A stretch of 32,293 bases of DNA. Source: Catajapyx aquilonaris. Its lineage: Eukaryota. Position 1 is the first letter of the stretch, and every line of letters begins with the position of its first letter. This document shows positions 11,398 to 22,640 of this stretch, one piece after another. Location of the stretch: NCBI GenBank assembly GCA_000934665.2, contig JYFJ02004441.1:1-32293 (forward strand), read 5' to 3'. The notes beneath the pieces are model-generated. The model saw nothing but the letters and a program-made list of their open reading frames with translations. It did not search any database and was not told where the DNA came from. Made by a program: the position numbers and the translations under genes.

Positions 11398-12858
11398 TCG
11401 CAGTAGTTTTATAAATATGTAATTTCCTCTTCCATATTTCCACCTTGTTTCTTATTACCACCCTTTCCCCAATAAAATACTACCCTAAGAGGGCATAATC
11501 TAACTCCAGGCGAAGTGTAGGATATAAATTATGGAAGACGGGTTTTCTGGGACACAGTGTACACACCAGTAATCAAATTGTTCCACTTTACACGTAGGTT
11601 TCTTGCAAACTCTAAAGTATAGTAGAAAGGAACAATATGGTTATCCTATCTGCAAAAATTTCCTCGCCGCTATTGTTGACGCGTTCCTCCAGGTCTCTCC
11701 CCCCATCCTTTTCCCCATCCCAATTGTTACTCTAAGGGCGAAAGGGAAATCAGCCCACGTTATTTTTACAGCATAAGGAAAACTTGTTATATAGGTAGAA
11801 AAATGTTTTCAGACTGAAGAGAATTTCGAAAAGGTTAGTGGTAGTGTGGGGTGGGTGGTGGGGGTTGGAAGCAATTGGATGTCCCCACAGCACCACTTTG
11901 CAGCTTCCCAGTGTTCCCCCATTGGACCCAAGAGGTAGAGAGTTGGGGACTGGGGACGGGAGAGGTGGGGGAGGGAGGAGGGAGGGAGGGAGGGAGGGTA
12001 AAAGTGGGGAAAGGAAGTATGGCGGGGGTGGTGCGCGCCCTCCTTCTTTCTGTGGCTTACCGTTCATGAATTTTAAATGCGTCAAGCAGGGTGCCGCAGC
12101 CCAACCCATAATTTCCATCCCAAACTACAACATCACCACTTCATCGGATGGGTCGCCGGGGCGCCCCACTCAAAAGGGAACAATGGCCCAAGGAAGGTGG
12201 TTGGCACTAGATTTTCGGAGAGGTTAGTAGGGGGAGGGGGAGGTGGTGAGAGGGAGATAAAATGAGGGTCCATGATGGGAACTAAAGCCTCTGTGGACAA
12301 GGAACGGGCAAGGGAGAGAGCAAAGGCACTTCTTTGGGGCCAATTATGAGTTGCGTCGTTGTAAGGGATCACATCTCAACTTCCAACACCTCCACATCAC
12401 TTCCATATTACCTTTGCGTGGTGGGGTTAAGAAGACCATCAGAGGACGCACCGTGGATCATCTCCCGAAGGAAAGGGGTGGCGGTAAAAAGCTACCGAAT
12501 ATAAATCAGGCTTTGCTCTTTTTTCGATCAACATATCTGAGAGTCAGTGCAAAACACTAGTAAAAGGGTGGTGCTGGTTCAAAAAGATGGAACACAATAA
12601 TAATATTGAATGATAAAAAGATTCTCCTCATCACATATTCCTCCTGACCATTACCAACACATGGATATCTGTAGTTTGTAGAAGTCAATATTATGAAACG
12701 AGTTGTATACGGGTCAATAGTGAAAAAAGGTGCAATTTAATTTCAAAAAAATGTCAATGTCCTTTAAAGAAATAAACTTTTAAATAAAAATAGTTATTAC
12801 CTCTGGTGTTCCTACAAAAATAACGGCCGAGATCGTAGACTTATATTTCACATTTGAA

Positions 12859-12918
12859 GGGTCGCCCCGAATAATGTTGCAAGTGAATAATCACTTACAA
12901 CATTATTCGGGGAGACCC
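12859..12918. mobile_element. 60-bp palindromic micro-MITE at a TTAA-like site (Kolobok- or piggyBac-type target)
   Basis: GGGTCGCCCCGAATAATGTTGCAAGTGA-ATAA-TCACTTACAACATTATTCGGGGAGACCC, two mismatches. Flanked by TGAA on the left and TTAA on the right. Confidence 0.65.
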
Positions 12919-13249
12919 TTAATTTTTCTATAAATTATAAAAATGCTGTATCTACAGCTGTATACACACAGTTAAGAATACAGAGTTTACTTGACCTTGA
13001 CGAACTAAGTGTGGCACAGGGTGTAGAACCGAACCAAGTGACTAGCACAGTTCGCAATATAAATGTAAGTAATACTTCAAATCACTTCAAATGCAATGCA
13101 ACAAGAAATGTGGAAATTCAGAGTAACTCGAGACCTATCCGTAATGAGTGCATTATAAACGTGGTATAGATGGTCCAAAACATTCAAATAGGTTATTAAA
13201 ATCATGTCCTTGAACATCTGAGGCCGCCTAGGGGAGCCTGTGGACGAGT

Positions 13250-13929
13250 AGTGTCCACGGACGTGACATCCACAGACGTGACGAACTCTGTTTATTCCAC
13301 GTAAGACGTGGTAAGTTTATGTTACAAACTTTTAGTTCAAATGAGTAAGCTCTTTGTACCTAATAGCGCACGTACTTGAGCAAAAATTGAAATTTGAACT
13401 GCTTACCTACATTTACCAAGTGCCTGGATGATTTTATAACCGTTTTTGTTTTGTCCACGGACGTGACGAGAAACCTTGGGACAAAATTCCTGCTGTAATA
13501 AAATCGTTGCAATTTGGAACTTCAGGACAAAGAATGCACTAGCCTTTACCTACAGTATTCCTTTCTCCATTACTCCAATATAAAAAGTGAAATAACATCT
13601 TATGCGGAAAAACTACGAACGTGCAGGTTAGGACAATCCACAGACGTGACATGGCACGCTCTGTGGCCTAAAGAAAAACATGAAAGAATTTTCTCATTAC
13701 ATATTATTTTGTTGTGTGCCCCGTATTCCACAAGTTGAAATCTTATTTCTTTGCATGTTATCTGGTTTTCAGATGTTATATTAAGTCCAGAAATTAGCTG
13801 GGACATGAAATTGCAGGTTTTTTCACTATTTACCTAAACATGTAATCTGCTCTTCATTGACAGTAGGTTATCCATACAGTGGCAAAATGTGGTGGTATGG
13901 TCACCCTTCCTATGCAAACTGGCTGCTTC
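13250..13929. mobile_element. Non-autonomous DNA transposon with dispersed 14-bp repeats (Sola-like, tentative); left boundary uncertain
   Basis: TCCACRGACGTGAC at 13254, 13269, 13454 and 13637. Putative end ...GGCTGCTTC at 13921-13929 abuts the transposase fragment. Confidence 0.45.
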
Positions 13930-14150
13930 AAGTTTTCGTCAACCCTATAACAGCAGACGCTTTTTTATGCTGCTGAGTATCGGAAAAATTCCATTCAGCA
14001 GGACAGCCAGTATAGTGGCTTATGGCGCTTGAAGCATTGTTACAGGGACAAGAGACACCTCGTCTCCTGCGGTCACGCACATGCAGTGAAGCATCCACAC
14101 CAGAGACCATTATATGCACCATAAAGGACTCCCCAATAGCTTCAAAGACC
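13930..14150 (-). pseudogene. Decayed Sola2-type DDD transposase fragment
   Basis: ORF 13928-14152: VHIMVSGVDASL...SHYTGCPAEWNFSDTQQHKKASAVIGLTK resembles the HIWSDG.ASQ...AEWNFFATSHGK...DGIGGTVK motif; catalytic residues are eroded. Confidence 0.55.
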
Positions 14151-14646
14151 ATGTTTCACACTTTGGCTTTACATTCATTTTATGACACTCCCAAGCCTCA
14201 GAACAAAAACGAGGGGCTCTGCCGTATAGCCTACTATGAGTAAAACTGCGTATTCACAGCCGCCTGAAGTCTTGAACACATACTGTCCTAGTAATAATAC
14301 GTAATACAGGGCCAAGAGGTGGACTAAGGAACACTTTTCACCTTTTGTGCTCCACCATTAGAGACTTTCTGCTCTCGAGCGTCTGTAGACGTAAACGTAC
14401 CCTGAGGGGAAAAGTCTATAATTATTCTCAAAATGAATAGTAACGTTCAAGAACACCTGCGTACTTTCCGATAGAATTAAACGTACTCTACACTACTGAC
14501 AAAACAGATCTGAGTTCCTCATAATATTGAACTGCACTATTGATGATTATTATTATCTTCAGGAATGTCCAATATTACCGTGAGCGTTGGAAGCGCAAAA
14601 CAGGCAGTCATTTGAAGACGGTGTGCGATTGGTAGATGGATGGATA

Positions 14647-15082
14647 CAGGGTTTGGAAATTTAATCTACCTTCGCTTTGGGGGATGGTAGAAGGGTTCTA
14701 GACGATCATTTTAAGTATAGGTAGAATGGATCTCCGAAGCATAGTTACCGAGATAATTAGCATTGAATAAAAAGTGCTTTATACAGGCTTCTATGTTTCG
14801 GATACAGCCTACGACACTGCCATTCGCCTAAGGCCACTGTCTGCTACGCCTAATGGGATTGCGTTTTAAATTTAAATTGTATGATAACACCTTAAATTTA
14901 AATGAAAAACTTAAGGTCGCATGGAGGGACGCATACCTACCATGATATTTTATACTTTGTGTTTGAGGCACATTATCTCGGTAACTGTGCTTCGGAGACG
15001 CACGACACCTATACTTAAAATGATCGCCTAGAACCCTTCTACCATCCCCCAAAGCGAAGGCAGATTATATTTCCGAACCCTG
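14647..15082. mobile_element. MITE with ~110-bp TIRs and CAGGGTT termini (hAT-like end; no TSD preserved)
   Basis: 14647-14757 versus 14972-15082 are inverted repeats, e.g. CCTTCGCTTTGGGGGATGGTAGAAGGGTTCTAG / CTAGAACCCTTCTACCATCCCCCAAAGCGAAGG. Confidence 0.85.
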
Positions 15083-15879
15083 CCCATGCTTACTGGCAAA
15101 AATGTAAAAAAAAAAAATATTGAAAAACCAGAGATGGTATAGCTTACCGTTTTCAGGCACTTTCCATGCAGGAAAGAACATTGTAGGCTGTGTACGGGGC
15201 AAGTATATAAAGAGTGACGATTCATTCACATTGAATATTACCATTGCAATGAAATAAATACTGTGTCCACTACCGTATTGAGTAAATACTGCATATCAAC
15301 TAAATTGATTACTGCCGTATTTCTAATTGTTTTATAAATCCGACCGGGGTTGTCGCCACCTACGATTTTTCCCCACCCCCTCGCGCGCGCTTGACCCGTG
15401 ACTCTGAAACATCCTGTACACAGTAAGTGTGAAGGGGATAATGTGTCAGGCAAAGAACCCGTCGATGCCTTTTCATTCTCACGCTAGCGCATGAGTGTGG
15501 GTTTTCGCTTTTATGATTACTCAAGTAGAATCTCAGGATTGTTAACGTAATTATTTGTATGAGAAGTACAGTACATTTCCCTCGTGCTTCTGCTGTAGTT
15601 TGCACTAGCTTTAATGCTGCAATGCTTTGATATTTTGCTATTTGTTATTCATTTCCATAGTGTTACTGTTCAAAATGACGCACCCAAACCTACTAAACAA
15701 AAATGTTCGCACACGTCATCGTGATTATATTACCTTAACACACAAGCTTTTCTTCCAGTTAATCATAGCCTAGAATTTTGTGACACATTTTTACACAAGA
15801 AGTGATGTAACTGTAAAGTCATACACTTATGATTGCAGATTACACTCTTGAATAATAATACTAATAACCTTTATTTTGT

Positions 15880-16320
15880 ACTTGTCCTTGACATTTTCGA
15901 TTGCCTTTTCCCCCCTTCCACCTGTCGCCGCATTCTGGGTTATCAAGCCATTTCTGAATCCCGTTTGGGTCGAATCAAAATCATGTCTCTAATGCATCTT
16001 AAAATTCCTACATCATGACATGATGTAGGAATTTTTGTGTCTTTCTTCATGCACCATTACGTCCAGCTACCTCTGACTATACAATCATCGGAACAAAAAC
16101 CAAGTGGCTGAAAATTTTCGAGTTCCGGGAAGAGTTCGGGTAGAAGTGCCTGCCTCTTGATCCCTAAATTAGTTAAATCCCTTGATGGAAACTGTAAACG
16201 TTGCTGTCGACTCACTATCGCCTGTGAGCAGACTCATCGCAGCATTACTTTTTTCTCCTGACTTCCTTCAGTTTATATTCATTTCTTATGTAGTTATAAC
16301 AGCAGCCATTTGCAATTTAT
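15880..16320 (-). pseudogene. Possible decayed RTE-type reverse transcriptase C-terminal remnant
   Basis: Frameshifted minus-strand pieces in the expected order: EMNIN*RK (..MKIN..KTK), KGFN*F (..FKYLG), GSWT*..KKDTKI (..ESWT..K.D..K) and QVEG.KRQ (..VEGKR.RGR). Confidence 0.4.
16001..16035. repeat. Perfect palindrome, 17-bp arms with a 1-nt spacer
   Basis: AAAATTCCTACATCATG-A-CATGATGTAGGAATTTT. Confidence 0.95.
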
Positions 16321-16604
16321 TCTTTCATATGAACATATGAATGGACTGACAGAATTGCACACGTGCTTCAAGTTAGTAGGCTTGCTGAATATGAATACAG
16401 GTATGACAAATGCTATATAGCTAGTGCGCCTAGCTATGTGCCAGTTTAATTTGCACTGTTTTATAGGGGGTGATTTAGAATGCTTGCGAAATTATTCATA
16501 CAAATTGAACAGCCAGGATAATGTTGCAGGCCAACGTGGTGAGTCTGTGTTCATTTTACAATCGCAATCAGTCCTCGATTGCAATAAGTTAGTTTACACT
16601 TTAA

Positions 16605-17010
16605 CCCCTTCGCTATTTGCGGCTTTCTGGCACTTCGGAAAACTCTAAAATTTATTTGCTTCTCGTGAAGTGCCAGAAAGCCACAAATAAGTATTAATTT
16701 ATTCATCGCAAAGTACGACGATCTAAGCAAATTCGTCTGGGATGGTTCTCAAGGTTGTTATTCCGCATATTTTCACGCATTCATAATTAAATCAGCCTAA
16801 CAGTTGGTCAGCAGAATTCTAATTTCGAGTTTTTATAGTATTGTTTTTGGGAAATTAATTTAGGGACTTTTAGACGAGTAAAATTGTTCCAGACTCATAG
16901 TGTTTTCCCTTATCTGATACTGTTATTATTTGTAAAATATCTTGTGCGTATCTTCGGAGTACGCGTAATCCAAAATCTGTGTGGTTAGGGCCTGTCTGGT
17001 AGCGAAGGGG
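16605..17010. mobile_element. piggyBac-like MITE
   Basis: TTAA|CCCCTTCGCTA...TAGCGAAGGGG|TTAA. Internal inverted repeat TATTTGCGGCTTTCTGGCACTTC / GAAGTGCCAGAAAGCCACAAATA (~16614-16689). Confidence 0.85.
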
Positions 17011-17979
17011 TTAAGGGGTCTCTACAGCATCGTATAGGGTAGACTGTGCTTTAACGGCGAGCTTCTCAAGCGGAGTAAAGATAGAAGAGGATCAGTCATA
17101 TGACTATGATGTTTGAAAAATCCTCGTCCCATAACCTTTAGGCTTTCATGTGGCTTGGCATCGATTTTGTGTCGAATATCACGAGTATGATATTATTATT
17201 CCATCCTGACAACTTTTTCTAAAACAAAAGTTACAAGTTTCCAAAATAATGTGCTTCTGTGCTGCGAAGCCTCTGCGAACGTGGTATTGACATGTTCACA
17301 CTACTCATCCCTGCTCTGTGGCTGCAATCATACAATTACGGTATGTAACAGATTTGGAATCTGCCTATAGAGTGAAGCAGCCCTCCACCGACCCCTAGCC
17401 TCGCAAACGTTTCTAGGGGTTGCATAAGTGTTGACTAATCCGCTTGGAGTCCATCGGCTTATTACCATCGGCCTCTTCTCTTTGAGGGTCTCACTGGTCA
17501 TTAACATTTATAAGCTGCAAAGAGAGCTATGGATCCCACTCTCTTTTACAATCTGCCATGACCCGCCTCCCTCCCATCCTTCTATCCCCCCTATCATGCT
17601 TATAATCCTTCAAAGGCGATCGGGATTTCATTAACAAGGCCATCCAGGTCTCCTCTAATAGTAGCTACCTAGCATAAGCTGCTTGGCCCGAATGCTTGAC
17701 GCTTAGAAATCCCTGGACTTTTAGCCAACTGCATGCCTCCAGAGATGACTTCCCTTGATCGCGATTCAGCTGTAATCATCCAAGTAGGAGGCTGCCCAGA
17801 GACATACATAATTATTCACTCCTATACCCTTTTCAGCAGCGTTATATTAACTTAGTCGGCCTTGCTTGCCCAATGATAAGTGCGACAGCATCATTCTATA
17901 CGTACTGTACGTTGTGTAAACTGACTGAGAAAAGCAGATTTTTTTATTGTGAACATAATTATTATTTAGTTCAAGAGTT

Positions 17980-18300
17980 TGAAAGACTGCTGCTAGGTTA
18001 CTCTTCCAAGAATTTTCAATATTATTTCTTAGAAGCTCGCACGATACAGGAGTCAATGACCCCTATTGAAAATGTCAATGTCTTGTTTTTTGTCTCAGAA
18101 CAAAATTAATAAAAACCAGAGCAAAATAAGTCATTTTCTATTTTTCCTGCTGCTCATTCACTTTCACTTGAAGTCTCAAACTACAGTAATATCTTTGGAA
18201 AGCCTCAATTCCAATGATGCATTATTCTGCATCAATTTCCGCACAATTTACACCGATACGGACGTGATGTCAATTCTCTAACTCAGTTTCCCTATATTGT
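17980..18300 (-). pseudogene. Possible decayed LINE APE-endonuclease remnant
   Basis: Weak ordered motifs IDITSVS (..DII.ISE), IGIEAFQRY and FSIGVIDSCIVRAS..KFLEE (..IG.IYRPP....FLE). Confidence 0.3.
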
Positions 18301-18417
18301 AAGTCATACGCCAGTGTATGCAGTTTACAAAGTGACAGTGTTCATATTTTGCCTTTATTAGCAGTCAATGATTGTATGGAAATATATTGTATTATTATTG
18401 GACTTCTAACTTTATGA

Positions 18418-18670
18418 GGGCGACACGGTGGCGGAGTGGTTAGCGCCACAGCCTTCCACCTCTAAGGTCCCGAGTTCGATCCCCGGATCGGACGGAGGAT
18501 ACTTATGTGGATAGAGTTTCGATGGGTTCTCTCCGTGTTCGCGTGGGTTTTCTCGGGGTTCTCCCGTTTCCTCCCACTATCAAAATCCATCACATTACAG
18601 GCAAATGATTCAAGTCGGTTATTCAAAAGATGATCCCCTAAGAGGCCCAAGGGGCCTATCACGGGGTATC

Positions 18671-18749
<79 letters not shown>

Positions 18750-18750
18750 T
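18418..18750 (+). mobile_element. tRNA-derived SINE carrying a V-domain (V-SINE) with an (ATT)n tail
   Basis: A box TGGCGGAGTGG and B box AGTTCGATCCC. Body GAGTTTCGATGGGTTCTCTCCGTGTTCGCGTGGGTTTTCTCGGGGTTCTCCCGTTTCCTCCCAC matches the recalled V-SINE core GAGTTTGCATGTTCTCCCCGTGTCTGCGTGGGTTTCCTCCGGGTGCTCCGGTTTCCTCCCAC. Tail at 18672-18750. Confidence 0.88.
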
Positions 18751-19052
18751 ATTTTAAGAAACGGTTAGAAGCATTTTGATCTGATGGCATGTTACTGTGA
18801 AGGTCTATAAAAATGTATAATTTTTTATTAAAATCCATCAATTATTTATCTGTGGCTATAATTCGGAAGAGATAAGGTTCCATGCTTCTGGCCACTTTGA
18901 AGTTGTTTTTCTTTTGGGGTATTCCTATGGGGTGCGTTTTAAAAATATATTCATTGTTCTGGTTGCCACAGGAGATTGGTAAATAACACGGATAAATAAG
19001 GAGATTGAGGACATACCCGGACATACCGTACTTATATTGTATTCTTGCTGCT

Positions 19053-19229
19053 GGTACAGTTCTGGTCATATATCGAGGCAACCTCCAGCGACATTTTCTG
19101 AAGCGGCAGAAGAAGGAATCGAAGATAAGCATACTTCAAGCATGGGCGAGCAAGATTCCTTCTTCTGCCGCTTCGGAAAATGTCGCTGGCGGTTGCCTCG
19201 ATATACGATCGTATGACCAACAGTGTACC
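19053..19229. mobile_element. Short foldback element or MITE
   Basis: 52-bp arms at 19069-19120 and 19154-19205 with two mismatches; outer GGTACA..GGTCATA / TATGACC..TGTACC. Confidence 0.75.
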
Positions 19230-21295
19230 TGCCTGCTATGGGCGACCCTGAGGCACGGCTTTGACCCAAGGTCGTGCCCCAGGTTAAGAATGGCACAAAT
19301 TCAGCGGAACTGGCAGCCAAGACAGGAATTGACGGGCCACAAGACACGTTCCATTTTCGGCCGTGTTGTTAATTTTGTGACGTCGCCTAGCTCACCTCTT
19401 CAGGAAACCTATAATTGAACACACCCTTCGAATAAGTTGGGGGCGGGGCTTCTTTAAAGTTGGAAGTCAATGACAATAGCAATAATTAATTAAGCCGGAA
19501 GGTATTATGTATTAAGTTATGCTGCATGAAGATATTTCTGGTTGAGGTTCGATATGACGTCCATGAAGAAACAAATCATCTGAAGTAACAAGTGCACAAT
19601 TTTCAGCCTTTTATAATCGGTTTAAAAATTTGTGTTAGTATATTACCATTCAAGGGAATTTTCGTGCATCTGGTAGTGTAACACAGCTCTCATAGCATTT
19701 TTGCTCAGATCATTAGTTATTTTCAGACATGACTATACCATGCCGTTTATTTGAGTAATCAAATGTTGCATTGTAATGGCAAAGTGCCGCGAAGGCTCTC
19801 TAATTATTCACTGGATGGGCATCAAAGGCTGTAATTAAAAGTTCAAAAACAACAGGTTTCGCAGCATTCAGACTCCAGTGTTAGGATATCGTTAGTTGTT
19901 TTCCTTCTATATTGCAAATTATACGAATAAAGTTTGACAAGGGGAGTGAAAGCTGAACAGTGGCTTGTCGACAATAGGAGCAAAACAAAGGCCACGGAGT
20001 GACAATGGCGACTGAAACAATGAACCTTCCCACCCACATTGCGAATTTTTAAAAATATATATTGTTCGTCGTAACACATTGCTCCAGTCGTAACCTTTGT
20101 GTAGTCGACTGTTTGGGGGGTGGGGGTGGAGGAACTGAAAAGAGACGATGGAATTCATAAAATTAGACAAGTAAGACAGCAGCGTGAGGGAGGGAGGGAA
20201 AGAGAGAGGGAGGGAGAGAGGGCCAGAGAAAGTGAGGGAATCTGCTTGATGAAGGGAGTTCAGTCACGTTCATTCTGGGTGTCGATGAAATACCGGCCCG
20301 TTTTATATTCATTGCCAGAGCGCAAACTTGTGATTGGGCTATTGATGATAACTATAGTAATATCCTGCTTCTAGACGTGAATATGTGGAGCATCTGAGCA
20401 AATCGTCATAATTACAAAATTTACAATATCGAGTTAAGATATGCAGTCTGAAGGCCCGATGATAATATTATGAGACTGTCAGCTAATAAATAACTCGGAT
20501 ATTGAGTGACAAACGATAATTTCTTGAACGCATGTTATAATAATATATTATTGCCTATACTAATACAAGGTTGCATTTTCAGTTATCGGCCATTCGAATC
20601 CTATACACAATTTTGCTTTTTAATGGTTTTCGGTCCTTTGTCTCTGTTAGAAGAAGACTGATGGAGATGAAGTTACATTATTTTTTATAAACATTTCTCT
20701 TTCATGTTTATACTTCACATGTGACGCTTTGTTTAGCCAATTCACGTAGCGGTACTTTCTGATAGTCAAGTCTGTTGTTTCGCAATATAAAATAATATAG
20801 TACAGCCACCTAGAGAAATATTTTGCATTTTAAGCCACTCAATGTTAAACTAGTGCTCCATCATAAGAGAATCGAGTAAATACCAGTGAGTTAACTGATT
20901 ACCTATGCCTGACTATTTTTTTCGGCAAAAAAATAATTTGTCTCCAATTGCAGAAAGGTCATCAAAGGCACTCATGCGAAAAAATTTACAGTCTGCATTG
21001 CAGTGAAACAAATTGTTAAGGAGACGATTAAGCGCTTTAAAATTTGCTTTCCACTGAACCGCTAAAACATATACAGCATCCAGGAAAAGTGACATCACAT
21101 CAGAAATGCTTAGACAGAGTTTCATCACGCATAGTGAACAAAGGAAATAATGTGGAAGTGGAACCTTGTGCGCATGATACAGTATAATAATATCAAGTAT
21201 AATAATATCATTATTATCAGCAACATTATTTTACTTAGAAAGAAGACAACTACTGTGCTTGGACGGGTCAATTGCATCCAGATGCATGGTGTGTA

Positions 21296-21436
21296 CTATG
21301 GGGTTCAAATACTTTTGGCCACTTTATCCTGGTCTTGAAGCAACCCTTCGCACAGACCCCACGGAGGTGTGTGTGTGTGTGTGAAGGATTGCTTCAAGAC
21401 CAGGAAAAAGTGGCCAAAAGTATTTGAACCCGATAG
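21296..21436. mobile_element. Tc1-like MITE with ~58-bp TIRs and a central (GT)n
   Basis: TA|CTATGGGGTTCAAATACTTTTGGCCAC...GTGGCCAAAAGTATTTGAACCCGATAG|TA. Confidence 0.9.
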
Positions 21437-21639
21437 TACCTTGTGACACACAGACCCAGCATGAGAAAACATAAGCAACTTTACTAAGCACATTCTTTAG
21501 GGATAAATAAATATATTAAATAATAATATTATATTAGGCAATAATATTATTTTTCGCGTTTTCTTTTTAAATAAAAGTTTCCAAACTGCTATGCTAAAAG
21601 GAAGGGCATGCCTATATTTTGACTGGTTTTGAAAGGATG

Positions 21640-22640
21640 GGATTTGCTGTATCCTATTGCATTATTATAGGGAAATTATGGGGCAAAATTACAGTGATTC
21701 ATTGTGGAACTTTCCTCACAATATAAAAATGCACATTTTCGGATAAGATAAGTGTACTCAAATATTAATCCTGCAAATTCTTATAAACAAATGCCGTTGA
21801 CATTGGCCTTCCGAGTTCGTCATGATGGGCTTCCTCAAGCCTTACAACAATTTTTCCAAAGACAGATTTGTCATACAGTAAAACTTCTATAAGTCGAACT
21901 TCCCTAATAAGTCGAAGTTCTCTATAAGTCGAAGAAAATGATGATCTTGGTTGGTCACAATGTAAAATAATAGGAAATAAACTTCCCTAACTCGAATTTC
22001 TATAACTCGAAGTTCTCCATAACTCCAAGTGCAGGCAGGGCCTTACGATGGGATATCAATGCATTTTCAGTCTCCCTAAGTCCAAGTTCATGTTGGCGAG
22101 TACGGAAAATTTTCTCATTTCCCAACCGAAGGGTCGAGAGTAGGCCACATGGACAGAAAGGCTCAATTTCCTGATCTCCGTCTACCAGACGTGCCGAAAG
22201 AAGTGTTTGACTCGATTGTGACAATTGAATCCTTGAATCTAGGAGTAGGCAAATGTCCATAACGGAGATTTTTTACAACAAAACAACGAGGAACATTGTA
22301 AGTGTGATAGTGACAGTTATTTTTAAGTTTTGAACACCTTTCGTCGCTGGATATGAAGGTAGGCTTCCTTATAGAGTTCTGTGCTTCAAAAAAATCCAAA
22401 CGTCTCTAACTCGAATCTTCTATAACTCGAAGTTTTTGTCCGGCCTCATGGAGATTCTACTTATAGAAGTTTTACTGTATTTTGTTAAGACCTACTGCAT
22501 TAATCCTGATTTGCGGCACCGACGAGACTATAAACAGGCTATTACATTATTTTGATCGTGGCGTAAATCAATTTGCTGGTAAAGAGTGTGTTTTTTAAAA
22601 GTGAAAACGCTTCTAAATGAATGTACTGGTCTGAGCATCA
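21640..22640 (+). pseudogene. Possible decayed CR1/L2-type RT C-terminus, split by the pogo-type MITE
   Basis: YCIIIGKLWG (..YC..VWG) and LAFRVRHDGLPQALQQFFQRQICH before the MITE, then YLLRP after it (H.Y.LR pattern). Confidence 0.4.
21876..22477. mobile_element. pogo/Tigger-type MITE
   Basis: TA|CAGTAAAACTTCTATAAGT...ACTTATAGAAGTTTTACTG|TA, with multiple subterminal TAASTCGAA repeats at both ends. Confidence 0.92.

Noticed and set aside
11814..11831. Minimal hammerhead ribozyme core CTGAAGA-GAATTTC-GAAA
   Set aside because: I could not build stems I and III with a valid NUH cleavage triplet from the flanks.
13254..13650. CRISPR-like array from TCCACRGACGTGAC repeats (also CAGGATAA at 2422-2488)
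   Set aside because: The repeats are too short and irregularly spaced, there are no cas genes, and the context is eukaryotic transposon DNA.
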